Assembly (NCBI GenBank): GCA_964016885.1
Contig: CAXHJY010000763.1
Location: 35,001 to 99,000 of the forward strand
Length of the DNA stretch: 64,000 nt
DNA from: Eledone cirrhosa
Taxonomy: Eukaryota
Direction of reading: 5' to 3'
Shown: positions 41,301 to 56,041 of the stretch, in pieces
How the letters are laid out: every line of letters begins with the position of its first letter
How positions within the stretch are numbered: the first letter of the stretch is position 1
Notes under the pieces: generated by a model
Database searches by the model: none
Seen by the model: the letters and a program-made list of their open reading frames with translations, nothing else
What the model was told of the DNA's origin: nothing
Program-made: the position numbers and the translations under genes

Positions 41301-44300
41301 GGACTTCAGCTTCCGCATTTAGCATGGGCAGCTTTTCTTGAACATCACACCACACACAGCCAATGAGTGTCTGCACATATACCAGTAATTACAGATCGAT
41401 CCGACCAGAGGCGGCCGGCCCACGATCGAAAAGGTAACTCCGCCGGTAAATAGTCATTTTTGTGATTCGTTTTCTTCGAAGCACACCATTCGCCACCGGA
41501 CTTCAGCTTCCTCATTTAGCATGGGCAGTTTTTCTTGAACATCACACCACACACAGCCAATGAGTGTCTGCACATATACCAGTAATTACAGATCGATCCG
41601 ACCACGGGCGGCCGGCCCACGATCGAAAAGGTAACTCCGCCGGCAAATTCGCATTTTTGTGATTCGTTTCTTCGAAGCACACCATTCGCTGGTGGACTTC
41701 AGCTTCCGCATTTAGCATGGGCAGCTTTTCTTGAAAATCACACCACACACAGCAAATGTGTGTCTGCACATGGACCAGTAATTACAGATCGATCCGACCA
41801 TAGGCGGCCGGCCCACGATCGAAAAGGTAACTCCGCCGGCAAATTCGCATTTTTGTGATTCGTTTCTTCGAAGCACACCATTCGCTGGTGGACTTCAGCT
41901 TCCGCATTTAGCATGGGCAGCTTTTCTTGAAAATCACACCACACACAGCAAATTTGTGTTTGCACATGGACCAGTAATTACAGATCGATCCGACCATAGG
42001 CGGCCGGCCCACGATCGAAAAGGTAACTCCGCCGGCAAATTCGCATTTTTGTGATTCGTTTCTTCGAAGCACACCATTCGCTGGTGGACTTCAGCTTCCG
42101 CATTTAGCATGGGCAACTTTTCTTGAAAATCACACCACACACAGGCAATGAGTGTCTGCACATGTACCAGTAATTACAAATCGATCCGACCACGGGCGGC
42201 CGGCCACGATCGAAAAGGTAACTCCGCCGGCAAATTCGCATTTTTGTGATTCGTTTCTTCGAAGCACACCATTCGCTGGTGGACTTCAGCTTCCTCATTT
42301 AGCATGGGCAGCTTTTCTTGAACATCACACCACACACAGCCAATGAGTGTCTGCACATATACCAGTAATTACAGATCGATCCGACCACGGGCGGCCGGCC
42401 CACGATCGAAAAGGTAACTCCGCCGGCAAATTCGCATTTTTGTGATTCGTTTCTTCGAAGCACACCATTCGCTGGTGGACTTCAGCTTCCGCATTTAGCA
42501 TGGGCAGCTTTTCTTGAACATCACACCACACACAGCCAATGAGTGTCTCCACATATACCAGTAATTACAGATCGATCCGACCACGGGCGGCCGGCCCACG
42601 ATCGAAAAGGTAACTCCGCCGGCAAATTCGCATTTTTGTGATTCGTTTCTTCGAAGCACACCATTCGCTGGTAGACTTCAGCTTCCGCATTTAGCATGGG
42701 CAGCGTTTCTTGAAAATCACACCACACACAGTCAATGAGTGTCTGCACATATACCACTAATTACAGATCGATCCGACCAGAGGCGGCCGGCCCACGATCG
42801 AAAAGGTAACTCCGCCGGTAAATAGTCATTTTTGTGATTCGTTTTCTTCGAAGCACACCATTCGCCACCGGACTTCAGCTTCCTCATTTAGCATGGGCAG
42901 TTTTTCTTGAACATCACACCACACACAGCCAATGAGTGTCTGCACATATACCAGTAATTACAGATCGATCCGACCACGGGCGGCCGGCCCACGATCGAAA
43001 AGGTAACTCCGCCGGCAAATTCGCATTTTTGTGATTCGTTTCTTCGAAGCACACCATTCGCTGGTGGACTTCAGCTTCCGCATTTAGCATGGGCAGCTTT
43101 TCTTGAAAATCACACCACACACAGCAAATGTGTGTCTGCACATGGACCAGTAATTACAGATCGATCCGACGATAGGCGGCCGGCCCACGATCGAAAAGGT
43201 AACTCCGCCGGCAAATTCGCATTTTTGTGATTCGTTTCTTCGAAGCACACCATTCGCTGGTGGACTTCAGCTTCCGCATTTAGTATGGGCACCTTTTCTT
43301 GAAAATCACACCACACACAGCAAATTTGTGTTTGCACATGGACCAGTAATTACAGATCGATCCGACCATAGGCGGCCGGCCCACGATCGAAAAGGTAACT
43401 CCGCCGGCAAATTCGCATTTTTGTGATTCGTTTCTTCGAAGCACACCATTCGCTGGTGGACTTCAGCTTCCGCATTTAGCATGGGCAACATTTCTTGAAA
43501 ATCACACCACACACAGGCAATGAGTGTCTGCACATGTACCAGTAATTACAAATCGATCCGACCACGGGCGGCCGGCCACGATTGAAAAGGTAACTCCGCC
43601 GGCAAATTCGCATTTTTGTGATTCGTTTCTTCGAAGCACACCATTCGCTGGTGGACTTCAGCCTCCTCATTTAGCATGGGCAGCTTTTCTTGAACATCAC
43701 ACCACACACAGCCAATGAGTGTCTGCACATATACCAGTAATTACAGATCGATCCGACCACGGGCGGCCGGCCCACGATCGAAAAGGTAACTCCGCCGGCA
43801 AATTCGCATTTTTGTGATTCGTTTCTTCGAAGCACACCATTCGCTGGTGGACTTCAGCTTCCGCATTTAGCATAGGCAGCTTTTCTTGAACATCACACCA
43901 CACACAGCCAATGAGTGTCTCCACATATACCAGTAATTACAGATCGATCCGACCACGGGCGGCCGGCCCACGATCGAAAAGGTAACTCCGCCGGCAAATT
44001 CGCATTTTTGTGATTCGTTTCTTCGAAGCACACCATTCGCTGGTAGACTTCAGCTTCCGCATTTAGCATGGGCAGCGTTTCTTGAAAATCACACCACACA
44101 CAGTCAATGAGTGTCTGCACATATACCACTAATTACAGATCGATCCGACCACAGGCGGCCGGCCCACGATCGAAAAGGTAACTCCGCCGGTAAATAGTCA
44201 TTTTTGTGATTCGTTTTCTTCGAAGCACACCATTCGCCGCCGGACTTCAGCTTCCTCATTTAGCATGGGCAGTTTTTCTTGAACATCACACCACACACAG

Positions 44301-45841
44301 CCAATGAGTGTCTGCACATATACCAGTAATTACAGATCGATCCGACCACGGGCGGCCGGCCCACGATCGAAAAGGTAACTCCGCCGGCAAATTCGCATTT
44401 TTGTGATTCGTTTCTTCGAAGCACACCATTCGCTGGTGGACTTCAGCTTCCTCATTTAGCATGGGCAGCTTTTCTTGAAAATCACACCACACACAGCCAA
44501 TGAGTGTCTGCACATATACCAGTAATTACAGATCGATCCGACCACAGGCGGCCGGCCCACGATCGAAAAGGTAACTCCGCCGGCAAATTCGCATTTTTGT
44601 GATTCGTTTCTTCGAAGCACACCATTCTTGGGTAGACTTCAGCTTCCGCATTTAGCATGGGCAGCTTTTCTTGAAAATCACACCACACACAGCAAATGTG
44701 TGTCTGCACATGGACCAGTAATTACAGATCGATCCGACCATAGGCGGCCGGCCCACGATCGAAAAGGTAACTCCGCCAGCAAATTCGCATTTTTGTGATT
44801 CGTTTCTTCGAAGCACACCATTCGCTGGTGGACTTCAGCTTCCGCATTTAGCATGGGCAACGTTTCGTGAAAATCACACCACACAGAGCAAATGTGTGTC
44901 TGCACATGGACCAGTAATTACAGATCGATCCGACCACAGGCGGCCGGCCCACGATCGAAAAGGTAACTCCGCCGGTAAATAGTCATTTTTGTGATTCGTT
45001 TTCTTCGAAGCACACCATTCGCCGCCGGACTTTAGCTTCCTCATTTAGCATGGGTAGTTTTTCTTGAAAATCACACCACACACCGGCAATGAGTGTCTGC
45101 ACATGCACCAGTAATTACAAATCGATCCGACCACGGGCGGCCGGCCACGATCGAAAAGGTAACTCCGCCGGCAAATTCGCATTTTTGTGATTCGTTTCTT
45201 CGAAGCACACCATTCGCTGGTGGACTTCAGCTTCCTCATTTAGCATGGGCAGCTTTTTTTGAAAATCACACCACACACAGCCAATGAGTGTCTGCACATA
45301 TACCAGTAATTACAGATCGATCCGACCACGGGCGGCCGGCCCACGATCGGAAAGGTAACTCCGCCGGCAAATTCGCATTTTTGTGATTCGTTTCTTCGAA
45401 GCACACCATTCGCTGGTAGACTTCAGCTTCCGCATTTAGCATGGGCAGCGTTTCTTGAAAATCACACCACACACAGTCAATGAGTGTCTGCACATATACC
45501 AGTAATTACAGATCGATCCGACCACAGGCGGCCGGCCCACGATCGAAAAGGTAACTCCGCCGGCAAATTCGCATTTTTGTGATTCGTTTCTTCGAAGCAC
45601 ACCATTCGCTGGTGGACTTCAGCTTCCGCATTTAGCATGGGCAGCTGTTCTTGAAAATCACACCACACACAGCAAATGTGTGTCTGCACATGGACCAGTA
45701 ATTACAGATCGATCCGACCATAGGCGGCCGGCCCACGATCGAAAAGGTAACTCCGCCGGCAAATTCGCATTTTTGTGATTCGTTTCTTCGAAGCACACCA
45801 TTCGCTGGTGGACTTCAGCTTCCGCATTTAGCATGGGCAAC
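35371..45841 (+). repeat. Second copy of the ~10.5-kb block 19299-29769
   Basis: Same markers at +16072. The first flanking mismatches are at 19298/35370 and 29770/45842. Confidence 0.9.
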
Positions 45842-48800
45842 TTTTCTTGAAAATCACACCACACACAGGCAATGAGTGTCTGCACATGTACCAGTAATTA
45901 CAAATCGATCCGACCACGGGCGGCCGGCCACGATCGAAAAGGTAACTCCGCCGGCAAATTCGCATTTTTGTGATTCGTTTCTTCGAAGCACACCATTCGC
46001 TGGTGGACTTCAGCTTCCTCATTTAGCATGGGCAGCTTTTCTTGAAAATCACACCACACACAGCCAATGAGTGTCTGCACATATACCAGTAATTACAGAT
46101 CGATCCGACCACGGGCGGCCGGCCCACGATCGAAAAGGTAACTCCGCCGGCAAATTCGCATTTTTGTGATTCGTTTCTTCGAAGCACACCATTCGCTGGT
46201 GGACTTCAGCTTCCGCATTTAGCATGGGCAGCTTTTCTTGAAAATCACACCACACACTGCAAATGTGTGTTTGCACATGGACCAGTAATTACAGATCGAT
46301 CCGACCATAGGCGGCCGGCCCACGATCGAAAAGGTAACTCCGCCGGCAAATTCGCATTTTTGTGATTCGTTTCTTCGAAGCACACCATTCGCTGGTGGAC
46401 TTCAGCTTCCGCATTTAGCATGGGCAACTTTTCTTGAAAATCACACCACACACAGGCAATGAGTGTCTGCACATGTACCAGTAATTACAAATCGATCCGA
46501 CGACGGGCGGCCGGCCACGATCGAAAAGGTAACTCCGCCGGCAAATTCGCATTTTTGTGATTCGTTTCTTCGAAGCACACCATTCGCTGGTGGACTTCAG
46601 CCTCCTCATTTAGCATGGGCAGCTTTTCTTGAACATCACACCACACACAGCCAATGAGTGTCTGCACATATACCAGTAATTACAGATCGATCCGACCACG
46701 GGCGGCCGGCCCACGATCGAAAAGGTAACTCCGCCGGCAAATTCGCATTTTTGTGATTCGTTTCTTCGAAGCACACCATTCGCTGGTGGACTTCAGCTTC
46801 CGCATTTAGCATAGGCAGCTTTTCTTGAACATCACACCACACACAGCCAATGAGTGTCTCCACATATACCAGTAATTACAGATCGATCCGACCACGGGCG
46901 GCCGGCCCACGATCGAAAAGGTAACTCCGCCGGCAAATTCGCATTTTTGTGATTCGTTTCTTCGAAGCACACCATTCGCTGGTAGACTTCAGCTTCCGCA
47001 TTTAGCATGGGCAGCGTTTCTTGAAAATCACACCACACACAGTCAATGAGTGTCTGCACATATACCACTAATTACAGATCGATCCGACCACAGGCGGCCG
47101 GCCCACGATCGAAAAGGTAACTCCGCCGGTAAATAGTCATTTTTGTGATTCGTTTTCTTCGAAGCACACCATTCGCCGCCGGACTTCAGCTTCCTCATTT
47201 AGCATGGGCAGTTTTTCTTGAACATCACACCACACACAGCCAATGAGTGTCTGCACATATACCAGTAATTACAGATCGATCCGACCACGGGCGGCCGGCC
47301 CACGATCGAAAAGGTAACTCCGCCGGCAAATTCGCATTTTTGTGATTCGTTTCTTCGAAGCACACCATTCGCTGGTGGACTTCAGCTTCCTCATTTAGCA
47401 TGGGCAGCTTTTCTTGAAAATCACACCACACACAGCCAATTAGTGTCTGCACATATACCAGTAATTACAGATCGATCCGACCACAGGCGGCCGGCCCACG
47501 ATCGAAAAGGTAACTCCGCCGGCAAATTCGCATTTTTGTGATTCGTTTCTTCGAAGCACACCATTCTTGGGTAGACTTCAGCTTCCGCATTTAGCATGGG
47601 CAGCTTTTCTTGAAAATCACACCACACACAGCAAATGTGTGTCTGCACATGGACCAGTAATTACAGATCGATCCGACCATAGGCGGCCGGCCCACGATCG
47701 CAAAGGTAACTCCGCCAGCAAATTCGCATTTTTGTGATTCGTTTCTTCGAAGCACACCATTCGCTGGTGGACTTCAGCTTCCGCATTTAGCATGGGCAAC
47801 GTTTCGTGAAAATCACACCACACAGAGCAAATGTGTGTCTGCACATGGACCAGTAATTACAGATCGATCCGACCACAGGCGGCCGGCCCACGATCGAAAA
47901 GGTAACTCCGCCGGTAAATAGTCATTTTTGTGATTCGTTTTCTTCGAAGCACACCATTCGCCGCCGGACTTTAGCTTCCTCATTTAGCATGGGTAGTTTT
48001 TCTTGAAAATCACACCACACACCGGCAATGAGTGTCTGCACATGCACCAGTAATTACAAATCGATCCGACCACGGGCGGCCGGCCACGATCGAAAAGGTA
48101 ACTCCGCCGGCAAATTCGCATTTTTGTGATTCGTTTCTTCGAAGCACACCATTCGCTGGTGGACTTCAGCTTCCTCATTTAGCATGGGCAGCTTTTTTTG
48201 AAAATCACACCACACACAGCCAATGAGTGTCTGCACATATACCAGTAATTACAGATCGATCCGACCACGGGCGGCCGGCCCACGATCGGAAAGGTAACTC
48301 CGCCGGCAAATTCGCATTTTTGTGATTCGTTTCTTCGAAGCACACCATTCGCTGGTAGACTTCAGCTTCCGCATTTAGCATGGGCAGCGTTTCTTGAAAA
48401 TCACACCACACACAGTCAATGAGTGTCTGCACATATACCAGTAATTACAGATCGATCCGACCACAGGCGGCCGGCCCACGATCGAAAAGGTAACTCCGCC
48501 GGCAAATTCGCATTTTTGTGATTCGTTTCTTCGAAGCACACCATTCGCTGGTGGACTTCAGCTTCCGCATTTAGCATGGGCAGCTGTTCTTGAAAATCAC
48601 ACCACACACAGCAAATGTGTGTCTGCACATGGACCAGTAATTACAGATCGATCCGACCATAGGCGGCCGGCCCACGATCGAAAAGGTAACTCCGCCGGCA
48701 AATTCGCATTTTTGTGATTCGTTTCTTCGAAGCACACCATTCGCTGGTGGACTTCAGCTTCCGCATTTAGCATGGGCAACTTTTCTTGAAAATCACACCA

Positions 48801-49209
48801 CACACAGGCAATGAGTCTCTGCACATGTACCAGTAATTACAAATCGATCCGACCACGGGCGGCCGGCCACGATCGAAAAGGTAACTCCGCCGGCAAATTC
48901 GCATTTTTGTGATTCGTTTCTTCGAAGCACACCATTCGCTGGTGGACTTCAGCTTCCTCATTTAGCATGGGCAGCTTTTCTTGAAAATCACACCACACAC
49001 AGCCAATGAGTGTCTGCACATATACCAGTAATTACAGATCGATCCGACCACGGGCGGCCGGCCCACGATCGAAAAGGTAACTCCGCCGGCAAATTCGCAT
49101 TTTTGTGATTCGTTTCTTCGAAGCACACCATTCGCTGGTGGACTTCAGCTTCCGCATTTAGCATGGGCAGCTTTTCTTGAAAATCACACCACACACTGCA
49201 AATGTGTGT
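43584..49209 (+). repeat. Near-tandem duplication at a 15-monomer offset (2939 bp); the second copy is more mutated
   Basis: Long markers 44191/47130 and 44976/47915. Monomer order is shared until the mismatch at 46271/49210. Confidence 0.8.
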
Positions 49210-52200
49210 CTGCACATGGACCAGTAATTACAGATCGATCCGACCATAGGCGGCCGGCCCACGATCGAAAAGGTAACTCCGCCGGCAAATTCGCATTTTT
49301 GTGATTCGTTTCTTCGAAGCACACCATTCGCTGCTGGACTTCAGCTTCCGCATTTAGCATGGGCAGCTTTTCTTGAAAATCACACCACACACAGCTAATG
49401 AGTGTCTGCACCTATACCAGTTATTACAGATCGATCCGACCATGGGCAGCCGGCCCACGATCGAAAAGGTAACTCCGCCGGCAAATTCGCATTTTTGTGA
49501 TTCGTTTCTTCGAAGCACACCATTCGCTGGTGGACTTCAGCTTCCGCATTTAGCATGGGCAACGTTTCGTGAAAATCACACCACACAGAGCAAATGTGTG
49601 TCTGCACTTGGACCAGTAATTACAGATCGATTCGACCACAGGCGGCCGGCCCACGATCGAAAAGGTAACTCCGCCGGCAAATTCGCATTTTTGTGATTCG
49701 TTTCTTCGAAGCACACCATTCGCTGGTGGACTTCAGCTTCCGCATTTAGCATGGGCAACGTTTCTTGAAAATCACACCACACACAGGCAATGAGGGTCTG
49801 CACATGTACCAGTAATTACAAATCGATCCGACCACGGGCGGCCGGCCAGGATCGAAAAGGTAACTCCGCCGGCAAATTCGCATTTTTGTGATTCGTTTCT
49901 TCGAAGCACACCATTCGCTGGTGGACTTCAGCTTCCTCATTTAGCATGGGCAGCTTTTCTTGAACATCACACCACACACAGCCAATGAGTGTATGCACAT
50001 ATACCAGTAATTACAGATCGATCCGACCATGGGCGGCCGGCCCACGATTGAAAAGGTAACTCCGCCGGCAAATTCGCATTTTTGTGATTCGTTTCTTCGA
50101 AGCACACCATTCGCTGGTGGACTTCAGCTTCCGCATTTAGCATGGGCAGCTTTTCTTGAACATCACACCACACACAGCCAATGAGTGTCTCCACATATAC
50201 CAGTAATTACAGGTCGATCCGACCACGGGCGGCCGGCCCACGATCGAAAAGGTAACTCCGCCGGCAAATTCGCATTTTTGTGATTCGTTTCTTCGAAGCA
50301 CACCATTCGCTGGTAGACTTCAGCTTCCGCATTTAGCATGGGCAGCGTTTCTTGAAAATCACACCACACACAGTCAATGAGTGTCTGCACATATACCAGT
50401 AATTACAGATCGATCCGACCAGAGGCGGCCGGCCCACGATCGAAAAGGTAACTCCGCCGGTAAATAGTCATTTTTGTGATTCGTTTTCTTCGAAGCACAC
50501 CATTCGCCGCCGGACTTCAGCTTCCTCATTTAGCATGGGCAGTTTTTCTTGAACATCACACCACACACAGCCAATGAGTGTCTGCACATATACCAGTAAT
50601 TACAGATCGATCCGACCACGGGCGGCCGGCCCACGATCGAAAAGGTAACTCCGCCGGCAAATTCGCATTTTTGTGATTCGTTTCTTCGAAGCACACCATT
50701 CGCTGGTGGACTTCAGCTTCCGCATTTAGCATGGGCAGCTTTTCTTGAAAATCACACCACACACAGCAGATGTGTGTCTGCACATGGACCAGTAATTACA
50801 GATCGATCCGACCATAGGCGGCCGGCCCACGATCGAAAAGGTAACTCCGCCGGCAAATTCGCATTTTTGTGATTCGTTTCTTCGAAGCACACCATTCGCT
50901 GGTGGACTTCAGCTTCCGCATTTAGCATGGGCAGCTTTTCTTGAAAATCACACCACACACAGCAAATTTGTGTTTGCACATGGACCAGTAATTACAGATC
51001 GATCCGACCATAGGCGGCCGGCCCACGATCGAAAAGGTAACTCCGCCGGCAAATTCGCATTTTTGTGATTCGTTTCTTCGAAGCACACCATTCGCTGGTG
51101 GACTTCAGCTTCCGCATTTAGCATGGGCAACTTTTCTTGAACATCACACCACACACAGCCAATGAGTGTCTGCACATATACCAGTAATTACAGATCGATC
51201 CGACCACGGGCGGCCGGCCCACGATCGAAAAGGTAACTCCGCCGGCAAATTCGCATTTTTGTGATTCGTTTCTTCGAAGCACACCATTCGCTGGTGGACT
51301 TCAGCTTCCGCATTTAGCATGGGCAACTTTTCTTGAAAATCACACCACACACAGGCAATGAGTGTCTGCACATGTACCAGTAATTACAAATCGATCCGAC
51401 CACGGGCGGCCGGCCACGATCGAAAAGGTAACTCCGCCGGCAAATTCGCATTTTTGTGATTCGTTTCTTCGAAGCACACCATTCGCTGGTGGAATTCAGC
51501 TTCCTCATTTAGCATGGGCAGCTTTTCTTGAAAATCACACCACACACAGCCAATGAGTGTATGCACATATACCAGTAATTACAGATCGATCCGACCACGG
51601 GCGGCCGGCCCACGATCGAAAAGGTAACTCCGCCGGCAAATTCGCATTTTTGTGATTCGTTTCTTCGAAGCACACCATTCGCTGGTGGACTTCAGCTTCC
51701 GCATTTAGCATGGGCAGCTTTTCTTGAACATCACACCACACACAGCCAATGAGTGTCTCCACATATACCAGTAATTACAGATCGATCCGACCACGGGCGG
51801 CCGGCCCACGATCGAAAAGGTAACTCCGCCGGCAAATTCGCATTTTTGTGATTCGTTTCTTCGAAGGACACCATTCGCTGGTAGACTTCAGCTTCCGCAT
51901 TTAGCATGGGCAGCGTTTCTTGAAAATCACACCACACACAGTCAATGAGTGTCTGCACATATACCACTAATTACAGATCGATCCGACCACAGGCGGCCGG
52001 CCCACGATCGAAAAGGTAACTCCGCCGGTAAATAGTCATTTTTGTGATTCGTTTTCTTCGAAGCACACCATTCGCCGCCGGACTTCAGCTTCCTCATTTA
52101 GCATGGGCAGTTTTTCTTGAACATCACACCACACACAGCCAATGAGTGTCTGCACATATACCAGTAATTACAGATCGATCCGACCACGGGCGGCCGGCCC

Positions 52201-52472
52201 ACGATCGAAAAGGTAACTCCGCCGGCAAATTCGCATTTTTGTGATTCGTTTCTTCGAAGCACACCATTCGCTGGTGGACTTCAGCTTCCTCATTTAGCAT
52301 GGGCAGCTTTTCTTGAAAATCACACCACACACAGCTAATGAGTGTCTGCACATATACCAGTAATTACAGATCGATCCGACCACAGGCGGCCGGCCCACGA
52401 TCGAAAAGGTAACTCCGCCGGCAAATTCGCATTTTTGTGATTCGTTTCTTCGAAGCACACCATTCGTGGGTA

Positions 52473-55400
52473 GACTTCAGCTTCCGCATTTAGCATGGGC
52501 AGCTTTTCTTGAAAATCACACCACACACAGCAAATGTGTGTCTGCACATGGACCAGTAATTACAGATCGATCCGACCATAGGCGGCCGGCCCACGATCGA
52601 AAAGGTAACTCCGCCGGCAAATTCGCATTTTTGTGATTCGTTTCTTCGAAGCACACCATTCGCTGGTGGACTTCAGCTTCCGCATTTAGCATGGGCAACA
52701 TTTCGTGAAAATCACACCACACAGAGCAAATGTGTGTCTGCACATGGACCAGTAATTACAGATCGATCCGACCACAGGCGGCCGGCCCACGATCGAAAAG
52801 GTAACTCCGCCGGTAAATAGTCATTTTTGTGATTCGTTTTCTTCGAAGCACACCATTCGCCGCCGGACTTCAGCTTCCTCATTTAGCATGGGTAGTTTTT
52901 CTTGAAAATCACACCACACACCGGCAATGAGTGTCTGCACATATACCAGTAATTACAGATCGATCCGACCACAGGCGGCCGGCCCACGATCGAAAAGGTA
53001 ACTCCGCCGGCAAATTCGCATTTTTGTGATTCGTTTCTTCGAAGCACACCATTCGCTGGTGGACTTCAGCTTCCGCATTTAGCATGGGCAGCTGTTCTTG
53101 AAAATCACACCACACACAGCAAATGTGTGTCTGCACATGGACCAGTAATTACAGATCGATCCGACCATAGGCGGCCGGCCCACGATCGAAAAGGTAACTC
53201 CGCCGGCAAATTCGCATTTTTGTGATTCGTTTCTTCGAAGCACACCATTCGCTGCTGGACTTCAGCTTCCGCATTTAGCATGGGCAGCTTTTCTTGAAAA
53301 TCACACCACACACAGCTAATGAGTGTCTGCACCTATACCAGTTATTACAGATCGATCCGACCACGGGCAGCCGGCCCACGATCGAAAAGGTAACTCCGCC
53401 GGCAAATTCGCATTTTTGTGATTCGTTTCTTCGAAGCACACCATTCGCTGGTGGACTTCAGCTTCCGCATTTAGCATGGGCAACGTTTCGTGAAAATCAC
53501 ACCACACAGAGCAAATGTGTGTCTGCACATGGACCAGTAATTACAGATCGATTCGACCACAGGCGGCCGGCCCACGATCGAAAAGGTAACTCCGCCGGCA
53601 AATTCGCATTTTTGTGATTCGTTTCTTCGAAGCACACCATTCGCTGGTGGACTTCAGCTTCCGCATTTAGCATGGGCAACTTTTCTTGAAAATCACACCA
53701 CACACAGGCAATGAGGGTCTGCACATGTACCAGTAATTACAAATCGATCCGACCACGGGCGGCCGGCCAGGATCGAAAAGGTAACTCCGCCGGCAAATTC
53801 GCATTTTTGTGATTCGTTTCTTCGAAGCACACCATTCGCTGGTGGACTTCAGCTTCCTCATTTAGCATGGGCAGCTTTTCTTGAACATCACACCACACAC
53901 AGCCAATGAGTGTCTGCACATATACCAGTAATTACAGATCGATCCGACCACGGGCGGCCAGCCCACGATCGAAAAGGTAACTCCGCCGGCAAATTCGCAT
54001 TTTTGTGATTCGTTTCTTCGAAGCACACCATTCGCTGGTGGACTTCAGCTTCCGCATTTAGCATGGGCAACTTTTCTTGAAAATGACACCACACACAGCT
54101 AATGAGTGTATGCACATATACCAGTAATTACAGATCGATCCGACCACGGGCGGCCGGCCCACGATTGAAAAGGTAACTCCGCCGGCAAATTCGCATTTTT
54201 GTGATTCGTTTCTTCGAAGCACACCATTCGCTGGTGGACTTCAGCCTCCGCATTTAGCATGGGCAGCTTTTCTTGAAAATCACACCACACACAGCAAATG
54301 TGTGTCTGCACATGGACCAGTAATTACAGATCGATCCGACCATAGGCGGCCGGCCCACGATCGAAAAGGTAACTCCGCCGGCAAATTCGCATTTTTGTGA
54401 TTCGTTTCTTCGAAGCACACCATTCGCTGGTGGACTTCAGCTTCCGCATTTAGCATGGGCAACATTTCGTGAAAATCACACCACACAGAGCAAATGTGTG
54501 TCTGCACATGGACCAGTAATTACAGATCGATCCGACCACAGGCGGCCGGCCCACGATCGAAAAGGTAACTCCGCCGGTAAATAGTCATTTTTGTGATTCG
54601 TTTTCTTCGAAGCACACCATTCGCCGCCGGACTTCAGCTTCCTCATTTAGCATGGGTAGTTTTTCTTGAAAATCACACCACACACCGGCAATGAGTGTCT
54701 GCACATATACCAGTAATTACAGATCGATCCGACCACAGGCGGCCGGCCCACGATCGAAAAGGTAACTCCGCCGGCAAATTCGCATTTTTGTGATTCGTTT
54801 CTTCGAAGCACACCATTCGCTGGTGGACTTCAGCTTCCGCATTTAGCATGGGCAGCTGTTCTTGAAAATCACACCACACACAGCAAATGTGTGTCTGCAC
54901 ATGGACCAGTAATTACAGATCGATCCGACCATAGGCGGCCGGCCCACGATCGAAAAGGTAACTCCGCCGGCAAATTCGCATTTTTGTGATTCGTTTCTTC
55001 GAAGCACACCATTCGCTGCTGGACTTCAGCTTCCGCATTTAGCATGGGCAGCTTTTCTTGAAAATCACACCACACACAGCTAATGAGTGTCTGCACCTAT
55101 ACCAGTTATTACAGATCGATCCGACCACGGGCAGCCGGCCCACGATCGAAAAGGTAACTCCGCCGGCAAATTCGCATTTTTGTGATTCGTTTCTTCGAAG
55201 CACACCATTCGCTGGTGGACTTCAGCTTCCGCATTTAGCATGGGCAACGTTTCGTGAAAATCACACCACACAGAGCAAATGTGTGTCTGCACATGGACCA
55301 GTAATTACAGATCGATTCGACCACAGGCGGCCGGCCCACGATCGAAAAGGTAACTCCGCCGGCAAATTCGCATTTTTGTGATTCGTTTCTTCGAAGCACA

Positions 55401-56041
55401 CCATTCGCTGGTGGACTTCAGCTTCCGCATTTAGCATGGGCAACTTTTCTTGAAAATCACACCACACACAGGCAATGAGGGTCTGCACATGTACCAGTAA
55501 TTACAAATCGATCCGACCACGGGCGGCCGGCCAGGATCGAAAAGGTAACTCCGCCGGCAAATTCGCATTTTTGTGATTCGTTTCTTCGAAGCACACCATT
55601 CGCTGGTGGACTTCAGCTTCCTCATTTAGCATGGGCAGCTTTTCTTGAACATCACACCACACACAGCCAATGAGTGTCTGCACATATACCAGTAATTACA
55701 GATCGATCCGACCACGGGCGGCCAGCCCACGATCGAAAAGGTAACTCCGCCGGCAAATTCGCATTTTTGTGATTCGTTTCTTCGAAGCACACCATTCGCT
55801 GGTGGACTTCAGCTTCCGCATTTAGCATGGGCAACTTTTCTTGAAAATCACACCACACACAGCTAATGAGTGTATGCACATATACCAGTAATTACAGATC
55901 GATCCGACCACGGGCGGCCGGCCCACGATTGAAAAGGTAACTCCGCCGGCAAATTCGCATTTTTGTGATTCGTTTCTTCGAAGCACACCATTCGCTGGTG
56001 GACTTCAGCTTCCGCATTTAGCATGGGCAGCTTTTCTTGAA
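52473..56041 (+). repeat. Tandem duplication of a 9-monomer block (1764 bp)
   Basis: CAACATTTCGTG (~52697/54461), CCGGCAAT..ATATACC (52921/54685) and ACCTATACCAGTT (~53331/55095) all recur at offset 1764. Confidence 0.88.
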
